Shown: positions 48,884-60,484 of the stretch, piece by piece
Layout: each line of letters begins with the position of its first letter
Numbering within the stretch: the stretch's first letter is position 1
Assembly: GCA_963737655.1 (NCBI GenBank)
Contig: CAVTTN010000002.1
Span: 2,496,001-2,560,000 of the forward strand
DNA length: 64,000 nt
Reading direction: 5' to 3'
DNA from: an uncultured Planctomycetota bacterium
Lineage (GTDB): Bacteria > Planctomycetota > Planctomycetia > Isosphaerales > Isosphaeraceae
The notes under the pieces: model-generated
Seen by the model: only the letters and a program-made list of their open reading frames with translations
Told to the model about the DNA's origin: nothing
Databases searched by the model: none
Program-made: the position numbers and the translations under genes

Positions 48884-51800
48884 TTCCGCGAGATCAGGTA
48901 CGCGACGAGGTCCAGGAAGTCCTTCTCGGCGATCTTGTCGGCGAAGTCGGCCGGCATGGGGGAGATTGGCGAGACCTTCTTCTGCTCGACGTCCGCCCTG
49001 GCGATCCGCTGCTCCTTGCCCTGCGAGTCGGCCAGGACGAGGACGTCTCCGTCCTCCCGGAGCAGGAGGCCGGAGAGGGTCCGGCCGTCGGTCAGGGCGA
49101 GCGTGGTCATTCGGAACGCCTGGTCGATGTTGCGGTTCGGGTCGAGGACGTCCTCCATCAGCCGATCCGGCCCCCGGACGCCGATCCCGTCGAGCTGAGG
49201 GCCGACCTTCGCCCCTTGCCCCCCGATCTGATGGCACGCGGCGCAATTCTTGGTGAAGACCTCGGCGCCTCGGGCTGGATCGCTCGGCGTCGCGGCGAAC
49301 GAGGCCCGCCGCCTGTCGATCAGCTCGGCGATCTTCGCGTCGGCCGGCACCAGGCCGGCCGTCAGGGCCTCGACCTTCTTGTTCACGTCGGGGACGCCCG
49401 ATTGATCGAGGAACACGCGGACGGACCGTTCCTGGAGGAGCCGGGCCGACGCCTTGCCCTCGCCCACGGCCTTCAATAACGCCTCGGCCCCGGGCCGTCC
49501 GGCGGCCAGGGCCGCCGCGATCCCCGTTTGCAGGCGCCCGGGCACGAGCGGGAGGGCCTCGACGAGCTTCGCCCGGCCCGAGTCCTGGTTGGTCTTGGCC
49601 AGGGCCGCCGCGCCCGCCTCGCGGACGCCCATCGGCGCGGAGGGATCGACGAGGATCGGCCCGAGGACGTCGGCGGTGCCCCTCGGATCAATGGCCGAAA
49701 GCGCGTTCATGACGGCGATCCTCGACCCTTCGGCCGCCTTCGCCGATCTCGCGACCTCGACCAGCGCCTCGCGCCTCTCGTTCAGGCCCATCGAGCCGAC
49801 GAGCTCGGCCCCGAGCCCGACTCCGCCCGGATCGGCCCCGCTCAAGAGCTTCGCGGTGACCTCCCCGGCCCACTCGCGGGCCGGTCCCGAGAGGCCCGCC
49901 CCCCGGTCCTGCAAGCCCTGGTGGACGGCCTTGAGCAGCGCCGCCTGCAAGCCGAGGTCCGCCGGATCCTTCTGCCGGGCGAACGCCACGACCTCGGGCA
50001 CGAGCGACAATTCGACTCGCCGGGCCGCGTGGAGGAGGTGCTCGATCAGCGGGTCTCGCCCCTCGGGATACTTGCCGACGAACTCCAGGACGAATCGCCC
50101 GGAGTCGGCGCCCGGATCGCCCAGCGCGACGTCGGCCAGGTCGCGGAAATCGGCCTCGGAATAGGCGGGATCGCCGATCCCCGGCCACTTCGCGGCCGAG
50201 AGGAACTGATCGCGGAGCGCCATCCGAACCGCATGGACGAGCTGGGCGTCCTCGGCCGGGGCCGCATGGCGGGCATCGAGCAGCACCCGGACGTTCGCGG
50301 CCGACCGATGGCGTCCCAGGGCCTGGGTTGCCGCTCGGCGGACGAACGCATCGTCATCCTTGAGACGATCGCGGACGAGACCGGCGAATTCCTCCGAAAT
50401 CCTCGGCTTTTCCGCGATGATCCGCATCGAATGGATCCGGACCGTTCGATCCTCGGCCTTGGTCGCGTCCTTCAAGGCCGAGTCGTCCAGGGCGCCGAGG
50501 CGTTCCAGGGCCCAGAGGGCATGGACCCGGCTCGGGGCCACGGCTCCCGGGACGACGAGCCCTTTGAGACGGTCGATCGCGTGGGAACCCCCTCGGGCGA
50601 CGAGTTGGTTCGTCGCCAGGGTGCGGACGGTGAGGTTGGGGGAACCCAGCGCGGCGATCAGTTGCGGAATCGTGGCCTCGGCGAAGTTCGGCAGGGGAGG
50701 AATGGGCGCCTTGCCGTCCTCCCCCGTGTAGACGATCCGCCAGATCCGCCCTCGTTCGCGGTCCCGGCCGGGATGGGTCAGCGGGACCTCATAATGGCCG
50801 ATGATCTTGTTGTAGAAGTCGGCCACATACAGGGCCCCGTCGGGCCCGAGCTTCAGGTCGACCGGGCGGAACCAGCGGTCGTCGCTCGACAGGAAGTCGG
50901 GCGTGAGGTTGCCCCGGGGGGTCGAGCCGTGCCAGGTCACCGTGTCGTGGTTGATCCTGTTGGTCACGACGTTGCCGATGAAGATCGTCCCCCGCCACTC
51001 CTTCGGGAACAGGTCGGCCTGGTAGTCGACGACCCCGGAGATCGCCGTCGATCCGTGGAGGTGCGAGACCATCTCCGGGCCGAACCCCAGCCCGTCGCTC
51101 AGCTTGCCGAAGCTGGGATAATAGGCCCCTTTCAAGAGCATGTAAACCGGCTTGCTGTGGCAATCGGCCGAATAGAGGTTCCCCAGCGGGTCGAAGCAGA
51201 GGCCGAACGGGTTGACCTGGCCGTGGGTGAACTGCTCGGCGTGGGAGCCGTCGGGGCGGAAGCGATAGGTATTGCCCGACTGCATGGCGACGACCTGATT
51301 GTCCTTCCCGCGCACTTCGGACGAGTTGTTGAACCCGTGGCAGGCGTAGAGCCAGCCGTCGAAGCCCCAGGTGAAGGCGTTGGTCATCCCGTGGGTGTCC
51401 CGGGAGCCGAACGTCGCGTAGGCGACCTCGCGAGAGTCCGCCTTGCCGTCGCCGTCGCGATCGACGAAGCGATCGACGCTGGGGATCGAGTGGACGAGGG
51501 CCTCTCGGCCTCCGGGCAGGGGCATCAGGCCGATCGGGATGTTCAGGCCGTCGGCGAACGTGGTGATCTTGCGGGCCTTGCCGTCGGGGCCGAAGTCTTC
51601 GAGGACCTTCACGGCGTCCCGGGGCTTCGTGCCCTCCTTCGCGGGGAACGGGTACTCGATGGTCTCGGTGACCCAGAGCCGCCCCCGGTCGTCGAAGGCA
51701 ATGTTCATGGGTTTGTGGATGTCCGGGTCGCTGGCGACGAGCTGGACCTCGAACCCGGGAGGGACGTGGAACCCGGCCTTCTCGGAGGCGGGGTCGCGGG

Positions 51801-51900
51801 GCCCGGTCGGCGCCACGAGGTCGGCCGGTTCCTGGGCGACTCCGAAGGACGAAGTCAGGGACACCACGGCGGCGAGGGCGAGGGAGAGGGGGAGTCGCAT
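48880..51900 (-). CDS. PVC-type membrane-bound dehydrogenase-like heme c protein (beta-propeller + HEAT repeats + cytochrome c)
   Basis: Signal peptide; VPPGFEVQLVASDP, FDDRGRLWV, WGFDGWLY, FRPVD..GPDGALYVAD; HEAT repeats; CAACH..VGPQL..SPMP. Confidence 0.92.
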   Translation of the reverse strand: MRLPLSLALAAVVSLTSSFGVAQEPADLVAPTGPRDPASEKAGFHVPPGFEVQLVASDPDIHKPMNIAFDDRGRLWVTETIEYPFPAKEGTKPRDAVKVLEDFGPDGKARKITTFADGLNIPIGLMPLPGGREALVHSIPSVDRFVDRDGDGKADSREVAYATFGSRDTHGMTNAFTWGFDGWLYACHGFNNSSEVRGKDNQVVAMQSGNTYRFRPDGSHAEQFTHGQVNPFGLCFDPLGNLYSADCHSKPVYMLLKGAYYPSFGKLSDGLGFGPEMVSHLHGSTAISGVVDYQADLFPKEWRGTIFIGNVVTNRINHDTVTWHGSTPRGNLTPDFLSSDDRWFRPVDLKLGPDGALYVADFYNKIIGHYEVPLTHPGRDRERGRIWRIVYTGEDGKAPIPPLPNFAEATIPQLIAALGSPNLTVRTLATNQLVARGGSHAIDRLKGLVVPGAVAPSRVHALWALERLGALDDSALKDATKAEDRTVRIHSMRIIAEKPRISEEFAGLVRDRLKDDDAFVRRAATQALGRHRSAANVRVLLDARHAAPAEDAQLVHAVRMALRDQFLSAAKWPGIGDPAYSEADFRDLADVALGDPGADSGRFVLEFVGKYPEGRDPLIEHLLHAARRVELSLVPEVVAFARQKDPADLGLQAALLKAVHQGLQDRGAGLSGPAREWAGEVTAKLLSGADPGGVGLGAELVGSMGLNERREALVEVARSAKAAEGSRIAVMNALSAIDPRGTADVLGPILVDPSAPMGVREAGAAALAKTNQDSGRAKLVEALPLVPGRLQTGIAAALAAGRPGAEALLKAVGEGKASARLLQERSVRVFLDQSGVPDVNKKVEALTAGLVPADAKIAELIDRRRASFAATPSDPARGAEVFTKNCAACHQIGGQGAKVGPQLDGIGVRGPDRLMEDVLDPNRNIDQAFRMTTLALTDGRTLSGLLLREDGDVLVLADSQGKEQRIARADVEQKKVSPISPMPADFADKIAEKDFLDLVAYLISRK

Positions 51901-52101
51901 CGATCCTCCGCGAAGGCGGCATGAGGGCGTTACGTCGGCGGGCGGGGCGACCGGCGAGGGATTCCCCTCAAGATAAAGGTTCGGCGACGGCGGTTCCACC
52001 CCGGAGGGTTGTCGGGAAGCCGGACCGGGGCTAAAACAGGTCGAGAGGCCGTCCGGCCCGAGAGTCCCTTTCGCCCCCCCGATTCGCCGGGACCGACGAC
52101 C

Positions 52102-53374
52102 ATGCATCCGCCCACGACCGAGCCGGCCGATCGGCTGAATCCCGGACTTGCCTCGCGGTTCGAGGGGGTCCGAAGGATGACCGTCTCGCTCTGCGAGACG
52201 CTCGAACCGGAGGATTTCGTCGTCCAGTCGATGCCCGACGCCAGCCCGGCCAAGTGGCACCTGGCCCATACCACCTGGTTTTTCGAGACGTTCGTGCTGG
52301 CCCGGGGAATCCCCGGATATCGCCACGCGCTACCCGATGCGAATTACCTGTTCAACTCCTATTACAACGCCGTCGGCGAGAGGATCGCCCGGGACCGTCG
52401 GGGGATGCTCACCCGGCCGACGATCGCCGAGGTCTTTCGCTATCGGAGGGCCGTGGACGACCGGATGGGGGAATTCCTCGCCGGCCGGGCGTCGGGATCG
52501 TTCGCGGAGGTGGTCGAGCCTCGGCCTGAACCACGAGCAGCAGCACCAGGAATTGCTCCTGACCGACCTGAAGCACGCCCTCGGCCTGAACCCGCTCCAC
52601 CCGACGTTCCGCCCCTTGGCCGAGGCCCCGACGAGGGCGGTCGGCGGCCCGTCCTGGATCGGCGCCGGGGAGGGCGTCCGCGAGATCGGCCACGCCGGGG
52701 AGGGCTTCGCGTTCGACAACGAGGGGCCTCGCCACCGCGTGTTCGTCGAGGAGCACGAGATCCTCTCGCATCCCGTGACCAACGGCGAATACCTCGCCTT
52801 CCTCGACGACGGCGGTTACGACCGGCCCGAATTCTGGCTGTCCGACGGCTGGGCGGCGAGGACGGCCGGGGGCTGGAAGGCGCCTCTGTACTGGAAGGGG
52901 GGCGACGGCCATCACTCGACGTTCACCCTCGGCGGGATGAAGCCGGTGGACGAGTCCGAGCCGGTCGTCCACGTGAGCTTCTACGAGGCCGACGCCTTCG
53001 CTCGATGGGCCGGGGCGAGGCTGCCGACCGAGGCCGAATGGGAGCTCGCCGCCCGGGACGTGCCGATCGAGGGGAACTTCCTCGAATCGGGCCGCTTGCA
53101 CCCGTCGGCCCCGTCCTCGGCCCCGGCGGGGCGTCCGTCGGGCCTGTTCGGCGACGTCTGGGAATGGACCGCCAGCCCGTATGTCGCCTATCCGCGCTAC
53201 CGACCGGCCTCGGGCGCCCTGGGCGAATACAACGGGAAGTTCATGTGCAACCAGATGGTCCTGAGGGGCGGCTCCTGCGCGACCCCGGCCAGCCACGTCC
53301 GGCCGACGTACCGCAACTTCTTCCCCCCCGGGGCCCGCTGGCAGTTCTCGGGGATTCGCCTGGCGAGATCGTAG
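52102..53374 (+). CDS. egtB: ergothioneine biosynthesis sulfoxide synthase (+1 frameshift at ~52520)
   Basis: SPAKWHLAHTTWFFE, FNSYY, GLNHEQQHQEL (after removing one C), FAFDNE, RLPTEAEWE, VWEW, YNGKFM, YRNFF. Confidence 0.92.
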
Positions 53375-53802
53375 GGCGGGCCGGGATCGGATCGCGCCAT
53401 CACGCACGATGAGGTGCTCGTCCTCACGGAATCGGAGCTCGGCCCCGAAGGCCCAACCTGGGGCGTCTGGGGCGGGAGGCCGGGCCTTCTCTGGGGTTTT
53501 TTTCCGACGTTCCGGGCGGGAAAACGGGGGCAAACTCGGATCGATTCTTGCTTTTCGTCCGGACATGCTTACTCTCGGCGGAGCGGAAGTCCGTGGATCT
53601 TTCGATTCCGTCGGGCCCGGGCGAGACCTCGTCGGTGCAGGGCCCATCTCGTCGAAGAGACTCCGGGGCGGCAGGCCCCGGCATTCGCCGGAAATGAATC
53701 GGCGGATCGCGCCACGAGTCGATCGCGGCGGCCTGGGGAAGGGTTTCCCCGGGGCACGCCGACGTCGAACGGTTTGCCCGGATACCCGAGACGGAGGAGA
53801 CG

Positions 53803-56800
53803 ATGAGGATGCCTCATTCGGACGAGGCCGTGCCCCGCCGCGCACGGTCGTCGCGAGACCCGCGACGGGACAAGCGCCTGAGGACGGCCCTGGAGGTCCT
53901 GGAGGATCGCCTGGCCCCGGTGATCGGCGCGTTGGGCCGGCCCATCCCGGTGGTGATCGGGTCGAGCGACCCGCTGATGGCCTCGGGGACGAACTCCAGC
54001 GGGATCGTCCAGGTCCTGGGGCCGGGAGGCTCCGGCAGCGGGGCCCTGCTCGCCACCGGCCGCGACATCCTGACGGCCGCCCACGTCGTGACCGGCAACG
54101 GCGGGGCCCTGCTCCCCGGCCCGTTCCAGATCGTGTTCCCGACGCCCCAGGCCACCTTCATCACGGTCCCGGCGTCGGCCGTGACGGTCAACCCGAACTG
54201 GGACGGCAACGCGTCCGACGGCAGCGACCTGGCGATCATCGCCCTGCCCACCCAGGCGCCGGCCTCGGCGGCGAGGTATCCGCTGTTCACCGCCAACAAC
54301 GAGATGGGCCAGACCTTCACCCTCGACGCCTTCGGCCAGATCGGCGTCGGGGCGACCGGGAGCACCGCCCCGGGCTTCTTCGCCACGTTCGGGACCCTCA
54401 ATTACGGCAACAACCTCTACGACGGGACCGACCAGGCGCTCACCGCCGCCCCGATCCGCCCGCTGCCGACCGGGACGCCGATCCCCTCGGCGAAGTTCCC
54501 GGCGGGCTCCGGCCTGGTCTCGGACTTCGACGACGGCACGGCCAACCACGACGCCCTGGGGTATTACTACGGCCTGAACAACACGGGCGTCCCCAACGAG
54601 TCGTTCGCCGCCCACGGCGATTCCGGCGGCCCGAACTTCCTCGGCGGGGCGATCGCCTCGGTCGTCTCCTACGGCTTCGGCTTCCCCAACGACCCGCCCG
54701 ACATCCTCGCGGGGAACAACGAGACGTTCGGCGAGATCGAGGTCGATACCCGCGTCTCGTACTTCGCCAGCTGGATCAACGGCGTGATCAACGCCAACCG
54801 GTTCCAGGTCGACCTGCCCGCGATGGTGACGGCCGGGACCGCGTTCGCCCTGACGGTCACGGCGGTGAACGCCTACGGGATGGCCATCCCCGGCTATACC
54901 GGGACGATCCAGTTCTCGACCTCGGACCCCGACCTCGTGGACGTGGACCTCCCGGCGAATTACACGTTCGCGGCCGGGGACAACGGCCGCCACACCTTCC
55001 CCGTGGCCGGGACCGAGACGACCCTGGTCACGGCGGGCGTCCAGAGCATCCGGGCCACCGACACGGTCACCCCGACGATCACCGGATTCGGCAACACGAC
55101 GGTCAACGCGGCGGCCACGGTGGGCCTGGTCCCCCGGCCGAGGAGCCAGGCGAGCCCCGGCACGAACCTGCCGGCAATCCCCCTGGTGGCCCCGACGACC
55201 TACGGCCGGGTCGCGACCGGGACTCCGACCTTGATCCAGGTCTCGGCCGTGGACCGCTTCGGCAACGTCACGCCGAACTATCGAGGGACGGTGCGGATCA
55301 CCAGCGGCGATGCCAAGGCGGTCCTGCCGGCCAACGCCGCGTTCACCGCCCAGGACGCCGGGGTCCACGTCTTCCTCGCCGTCACGTTCAACACGATCGG
55401 CGACCAGACCCTCACGGCCACCGACACGGCCGTGGCGGCGATCAACGGGACGAGGCGGGTCCGCGTGGTCGATCCGACCACCGCCGTGGCCCTGAAGCTG
55501 ATCACCCCGGTGACGGCGACGGCCGGCCAGCCGTTCTCGATCACCGTCCAGGCCGTGAGCCCGACCGGAGGGGTCGCCACGGGCTATCTCGGCACCGTCA
55601 CGTTCTCCTCGGACGACGGCAAGGCGGCCGTCGTCCTGCCGCCGGACTACAAGTTCCTGGCCGGGGACAACGGCACCCACACCTTCGCCAACGGGGTGAC
55701 CCTGGCCACCGCCGGGGGATTCCGGGAGGTCGAGGCCCAGGACACGGTCAACGCCAACCTCGACGCCACCCAGGACATCCTCGTCACCCCCGGCAACACC
55801 TCCCGACTCGCGGTCGTCCCGGCCGGGAACTTCGGCGCCCCGGCCGCGAACGTGGTGGCCAACGCGCCCTTCGGCGTGACGGTCCAGGCCACCGACGCCC
55901 TCGGCAACGTCACGCCCGGGTATCTCGGGACGGTCCACTTCACGAACAATGACCCGGCCGCCGCCGGGGTGGTCGTCCCGGCCGACTACACGTTCCTGCC
56001 CGCCGACAACGGCTCGCACACCTTCCCCAACGGCGTGACCCTGGTGACCGCCGGCGCCCGGACCGTCACGGCCACCGACACCAAGGTCGGCGCCATCACC
56101 GGGACGGCCAACGTGACCGTCGCCGCCCCGGTCCTGGCCGGGCTCCGGGTGACGACCTCGATCAATCCGGTGACCGCCGGGATGGCCTTCATGATCACGG
56201 TGACCGCCCAGGACGCCACCGGCAACACGATCACGGGCTATCTCGGGACGGTCCATTTCACCTCGACCGACGGCAAGGCGGCCGTCGTCCTGCCCCCGGA
56301 CTACAAGTTCCTGGCCGGGGACAACGGCGTCCACACCTTCGCCGGGGTGATGCTGATCACCGCCGGCCCGCAACGGATCAACGTGGTCGATACCGGCGCG
56401 GCGGCGATCCGGGGGGTCGCGAACGTCGTGGTCAACCCGGCCGACGCGACCACCTTGACCGTGACCCCCTCGGCGCCCCTGGTCCTCCTCGGGGTCCCGG
56501 TCGCCTTCACGGTGACGGCCCGGGACAATTTCGGCAACATCGCCTCCGGCTACCGCAAGACCATCGCGATCACCAGCAACGACGCCAAGGCGACCCTGCC
56601 GGGCAACTACACGTTCACCGCCCTGGACGGCGGGGTCCACACCTTCTTCGGCTCTTCGGGCATCGTTCTTGGCACGGCCGGGGCCCGGACGATCGTCGCC
56701 ACCGACATCGTCCCCGGAGGGCTGACGGCCACCGGCAACGTCACGGCCCTCGCCCCGACCGCCGCCGCGACGCTGAGGGTCGATATCCTCGGCCGGGCCC

Positions 56801-57099
56801 CGAGCACCATCGCGAATGTCTCGGCCGTCGTGAACAATCAGGCCTTCTCCCTGATCGTCTCGGCCCTGGACGCCAACGGCCTGCTCACGCCGAATTACGC
56901 GGGGACGATCACGTTCTCCACGACCGACGCCGGTGCGGGGGTCGTCCTGCCCGGGGCCACGATCTTCGCCCCCGGCGACCTCGGCTCCAAGACGTTCGAC
57001 GGCGTGAAGCTCGTGACCCGGAGCCGCCTGGCCATGATCACGGCCACCGACAACAAGAACGCGGCCATCACCGGCACCGGCCGAGTGTACGTCAACTGA
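53803..57099 (+). CDS. large secreted trypsin-like serine protease with LEPR-XLL leader and seven ~100-aa beta-rich repeats
   Basis: ALEVLEDRLAP leader; LTAAHV / SDLAI / GDSGGP triad; repeats TVxAxDxxGN..GYxGTVxF..LPxxYxF..DxGxHTF. Confidence 0.85.
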   Translation: MRMPHSDEAVPRRARSSRDPRRDKRLRTALEVLEDRLAPVIGALGRPIPVVIGSSDPLMASGTNSSGIVQVLGPGGSGSGALLATGRDILTAAHVVTGNGGALLPGPFQIVFPTPQATFITVPASAVTVNPNWDGNASDGSDLAIIALPTQAPASAARYPLFTANNEMGQTFTLDAFGQIGVGATGSTAPGFFATFGTLNYGNNLYDGTDQALTAAPIRPLPTGTPIPSAKFPAGSGLVSDFDDGTANHDALGYYYGLNNTGVPNESFAAHGDSGGPNFLGGAIASVVSYGFGFPNDPPDILAGNNETFGEIEVDTRVSYFASWINGVINANRFQVDLPAMVTAGTAFALTVTAVNAYGMAIPGYTGTIQFSTSDPDLVDVDLPANYTFAAGDNGRHTFPVAGTETTLVTAGVQSIRATDTVTPTITGFGNTTVNAAATVGLVPRPRSQASPGTNLPAIPLVAPTTYGRVATGTPTLIQVSAVDRFGNVTPNYRGTVRITSGDAKAVLPANAAFTAQDAGVHVFLAVTFNTIGDQTLTATDTAVAAINGTRRVRVVDPTTAVALKLITPVTATAGQPFSITVQAVSPTGGVATGYLGTVTFSSDDGKAAVVLPPDYKFLAGDNGTHTFANGVTLATAGGFREVEAQDTVNANLDATQDILVTPGNTSRLAVVPAGNFGAPAANVVANAPFGVTVQATDALGNVTPGYLGTVHFTNNDPAAAGVVVPADYTFLPADNGSHTFPNGVTLVTAGARTVTATDTKVGAITGTANVTVAAPVLAGLRVTTSINPVTAGMAFMITVTAQDATGNTITGYLGTVHFTSTDGKAAVVLPPDYKFLAGDNGVHTFAGVMLITAGPQRINVVDTGAAAIRGVANVVVNPADATTLTVTPSAPLVLLGVPVAFTVTARDNFGNIASGYRKTIAITSNDAKATLPGNYTFTALDGGVHTFFGSSGIVLGTAGARTIVATDIVPGGLTATGNVTALAPTAAATLRVDILGRAPSTIANVSAVVNNQAFSLIVSALDANGLLTPNYAGTITFSTTDAGAGVVLPGATIFAPGDLGSKTFDGVKLVTRSRLAMITATDNKNAAITGTGRVYVN

Positions 57100-57142
57100 C
57101 CCACCCACGACCGCCGCCCCAAGCGGCCGGAGGATTGCACCG

Positions 57143-57874
57143 ATGAGAGTTCGATGGGTTCTCGCCGCCCTCGCCGCGCTGGCCTCCCCGATCTTCGGTG
57201 AGGCGGCGCGGGCCGACTCCGTGTACGACACCACGCCCTCCTGGGACGGCTCCAGCGCCGTGATCGGCTGGGGGGCCGTCCAGGCGGGCGACACCCCCAC
57301 CTTCGGCCAGACGTTCCTCGCCCCGGCCGACCCGAGCGCCCTGACCGACTTCACGTTCTTCGTGAGCGACTTCAACCCCGGCTCGTCCGTCACGTTCACC
57401 GCGTCCATCTATAGCTGGTACGGCGCGCTCACGGCCGGGAATGGGCCCCAGGGGTCGCTCGGGCCCGCCCTGTTCACCTCCTCGCCGATCACCTTCCTCG
57501 ATGACGGCGGCTTCCAGGCCGTCACGATCACCACGGGGCCCGACGGCGTCTCGCTCGACCCGTCCGGCTCCTACGTGGCCCTCTTGACGACGTCCGACCC
57601 CAGCTCGATCGCGTCGAATGACGCGTCATTGGACGTCTACGAGTTCGGCCTCGTCGGCCCCGGCCACGCCCCCGGAGGCGGTGACGGCGGCTTCAATTTC
57701 TTCAACAATGCGACCTCGGCCCAGCTCGACGGCGACCCCTGGGACAGCCCGACCGATTACGGCGACCTCGCCTGGACGGCCCACTTCCGCTCGGTCCCCG
57801 AGCCCGGAAGCTTGACTCTCCTGGCCCTCGGCGCCGCCGGCGCCCTGGCCCGGGCCCGCCGCCGCCCTCGATGA
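57143..57874 (+). CDS. PEP-CTERM sorting domain protein
   Basis: Signal peptide ..AARA-D; C-terminal VPEP + TM + RARRRPR; GGAGG RBS. Confidence 0.92.
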   Translation: MRVRWVLAALAALASPIFGEAARADSVYDTTPSWDGSSAVIGWGAVQAGDTPTFGQTFLAPADPSALTDFTFFVSDFNPGSSVTFTASIYSWYGALTAGNGPQGSLGPALFTSSPITFLDDGGFQAVTITTGPDGVSLDPSGSYVALLTTSDPSSIASNDASLDVYEFGLVGPGHAPGGGDGGFNFFNNATSAQLDGDPWDSPTDYGDLAWTAHFRSVPEPGSLTLLALGAAGALARARRRPR

Positions 57875-57913
57875 CAACCCGGCTGGCCCGACGGCCCGAG
57901 GCCTCGGCACGCC

Positions 57914-59253
57914 CTATGGGATCGGCAAATCCCGGAAATCGAAGGGGATCTCGGTCGCGACGGCGGCGACTCCGTAGAGGCGGATCGTCGTCGGCCGGGA
58001 GTTCGGGGCGCTGGGGAAGATCTGCACCCGGTACGTGGCGGACGACTCGGTCCCGGGGGCGGCCATGGCGGTGATGTTGGTGGAGTGGCCGATGGGTCGG
58101 CCGTCGGCGTCCTCGATCTTGAGGTGATCGTCGAGGTTGAACGGGACGTGGAGGACCGCCAGGGTCTTCTGCCGGGGCCCGGGGCGAAGGCGCCGGCGTC
58201 CATCGGCGGGACGCCCTTCGCGACGATCTCCAACGACGTCGGCCGCACCTCGGGCTCGACCTTCTGGATCGTCAGCGAGATGCCGTCGAGCGTCGCGGTG
58301 CGACCCTGGGCCGCGTCCAGGGGGCAGGCGAAGACCTCGTCGAGCCGGACGAAGGCCAGGACGGGCACGTCCCCTCGGAACCGGGCGATCGTCCGGCCTC
58401 GGTCCTCGGGCAGGCTCAGGGGGAGCCGGTAGGTGAAGGCTTGGCCGTCGGGCCGGTCCCACTGGCGGAACGAGAAGTTGTAGTGGTTCGTGGTCGGGTC
58501 GGCCGTGCTGGTCGGGCGGAGGTCGCGGCCCCGATCGTCGGTCGCCTCGACGATCCGGGCCGATCCGTTGATCTGGAGGCAGATCCCGGGCTCGGCCACG
58601 ACGTCCAGGCGGGCCGTGAAGCTCTCGCGGACCCTGGGTTCGAGCGGCGGCCTGACCTGCTCGACCTCGCGATGGCGGTTCAGCGAGGCGAGGGTCAGGT
58701 GGAACGGGCCCGCCCGCGAGATCGGCGGCGGGGGGCCTTCCCGGGGGACGAGGCGGGCGGATTGCGTCTTCAGGGGCGGATACGCGTAAACCGGCGTGAC
58801 CTCCACGCGGAACCCGCCGAGTTCCCCCAGCCGGTCCACGGCCTCCCAGAAGCCGATGGGCGAGCCGGGCTTGAGGCTCACTCGCCGCCCCTTCCACGGG
58901 GCATCCTTCGCGTCGTCGAGCACCAGGCCGAGGCCGGTCCGGGCCGAGAGATCGGCCACGGCGTCGCTCACCGGGCGGTCGTCGAAGTCGAGGGAGACCG
59001 GGGTGGGGCGGAGGAGCCGGAGGGTGCCGATCCTCTCGATCAGGTCGGCGGCGATCGAGCGGACCTCGGGCGAGCCGGTGCGGGCAAGCGCCCGAAGGAG
59101 CGGCAGGGCACCCAGGCCGCGGGCCTCCAGCTCGTCGGCCGCCGCGTCCCGATCGGCCGCGGCCGGGGCGGAGAGTCGGGCCGCCCAGGCCGAGGTGTCC
59201 GGGTCCTCGGGCGAGGCGAACAGGGCGAGCAGGACCAGGGGGAGGAGGTTCAT
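57914..59253 (-). CDS. uncharacterised exported protein, paralogue 3 of 3 (frameshift at ~58175)
   Basis: Signal peptide, HEAT-like start, LDF..FWEAVD..GPF..EATDDRG. Second frame ends IPFDFRDLPIP*. Confidence 0.78.
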
Positions 59254-59294
59254 CGCGACGGGGACTCCGGCGGGGCCCGAGGGCCTTCGATCAA

Positions 59295-60457
59295 TCAATA
59301 GGGAAGCGGCAGATTCGTGAATTCGAAGGGGATGTCAAAGCGTTTCCAGTCCGGGGCGCGAAGCCGGATCTGCACCGGCGACGAGGAGAGGCCGGGGGCA
59401 TAGGAGAACGTCGCCCGCAGCTCGGGCCCGAGGACCAGCGCCCGCTCCCGGTCTGGACCGGACGCCCCTCGGCGTCGGCGATCTCGATCTGGGAGAGGAG
59501 GACCTGGGCCCGATCGTTCCTCAAGGGCTGGCCGCGGGCTCCGGCCGGTTTCGAGGGGTCGATCTCCCGGGCCGAGATCCCGATCGTCAGGCCGCCGTTG
59601 GCCAGGAACTCGAACTGATCGACGTGGACCATCATCCTCCCGGATCGGTAGGACCGGGTCAGCCCGGAGAGCAGCGGGAACGTTAGGGACGGCTCGGTCG
59701 GGGAGATGCCGACTTCCGCCGGGATCGTCCCCCGGAGCACGGCCAGCGTCTTGCCGGGCGCCTCCGGCTTCCTCAGGCGGACCCGGAGGATCGTGCTCCC
59801 TCGGATCGGCTCGCTGATCGGGACGCCCGAGATCGCCTGGGGATCGGGCGTCTCGGTGTCGATCAGGGATTGGCCGAGGTCGTCGCGGGCCTCCACGGCC
59901 GAGAGCGGGCCGGTGCGGACGGCCAGGATTCGCGGCTCGGGCTGGACCGGGAACTCGGCGAAGAACGGCCCGGCCGGGCGATCGGCGCGGAAGGCCAGGG
60001 GCGAGGTCTTGACGAACTCGGTGTCGTAATTGGCGTGGAGCTTCAGGGCGCCGATGCGGAAGGGCCCGCGATACTGCGCCGGGCCGATCGAGGCCGAGCC
60101 GACCGGGCCGAAGCCGCCCCCCCAGAGCGCGATGTAGGGCCGCGGGTTGCCCGTCGCCCCGCCGTCCAGGACGTTGCGCTGGACCTTCGCGGCCTCGCAG
60201 AGCCGGTCCAGGGCGTCCCAGAACGGCACGGGTTCGGCGCTTTCCAGGGTGATCCGCGAGGGGGGGCCGCCGGGCACCTCGGGCTGGATCGGGATCTGGA
60301 CTTGCAGGGTGTTGCCGCTTCGCTGGCTGATCGCCTGGGCGACCTCGGCGGCGAGCTTGTCCTTGAAGTCCAGGACCACCAGGGCCGGCCGGGTCGGATC
60401 GGGCGCCGGCCCTCCGGCGGCGATCGCCAGGGCGAGCAGGACGGGGGCGAAGGGCAT
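59295..60457 (-). CDS. uncharacterised exported protein, paralogue 2 of 3 (frameshift at ~59426)
   Basis: Signal peptide, LDF..FWDALD..GPF..EARDDLG. Second frame ends DIPFEFTNLPLPY* (TGA 59295-59297). Confidence 0.75.
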
Positions 60458-60484
60458 GCGGGGGCCTCGTTCGTGCGGTCTCGG

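Noticed and set aside
53520..53600. Possible c-di-GMP-I riboswitch (GGCAAAC) upstream of the protease
   Set aside because: No GAAA tetraloop stem or GACGCAAA segment follows; TTGCTT..TACTCT looks more like a promoter.
53569..57408. 1279-aa minus-strand ORF and similar long antisense or overlapping ORFs
   Set aside because: Shadows of real genes caused by high-GC codon bias; no recognisable motifs.
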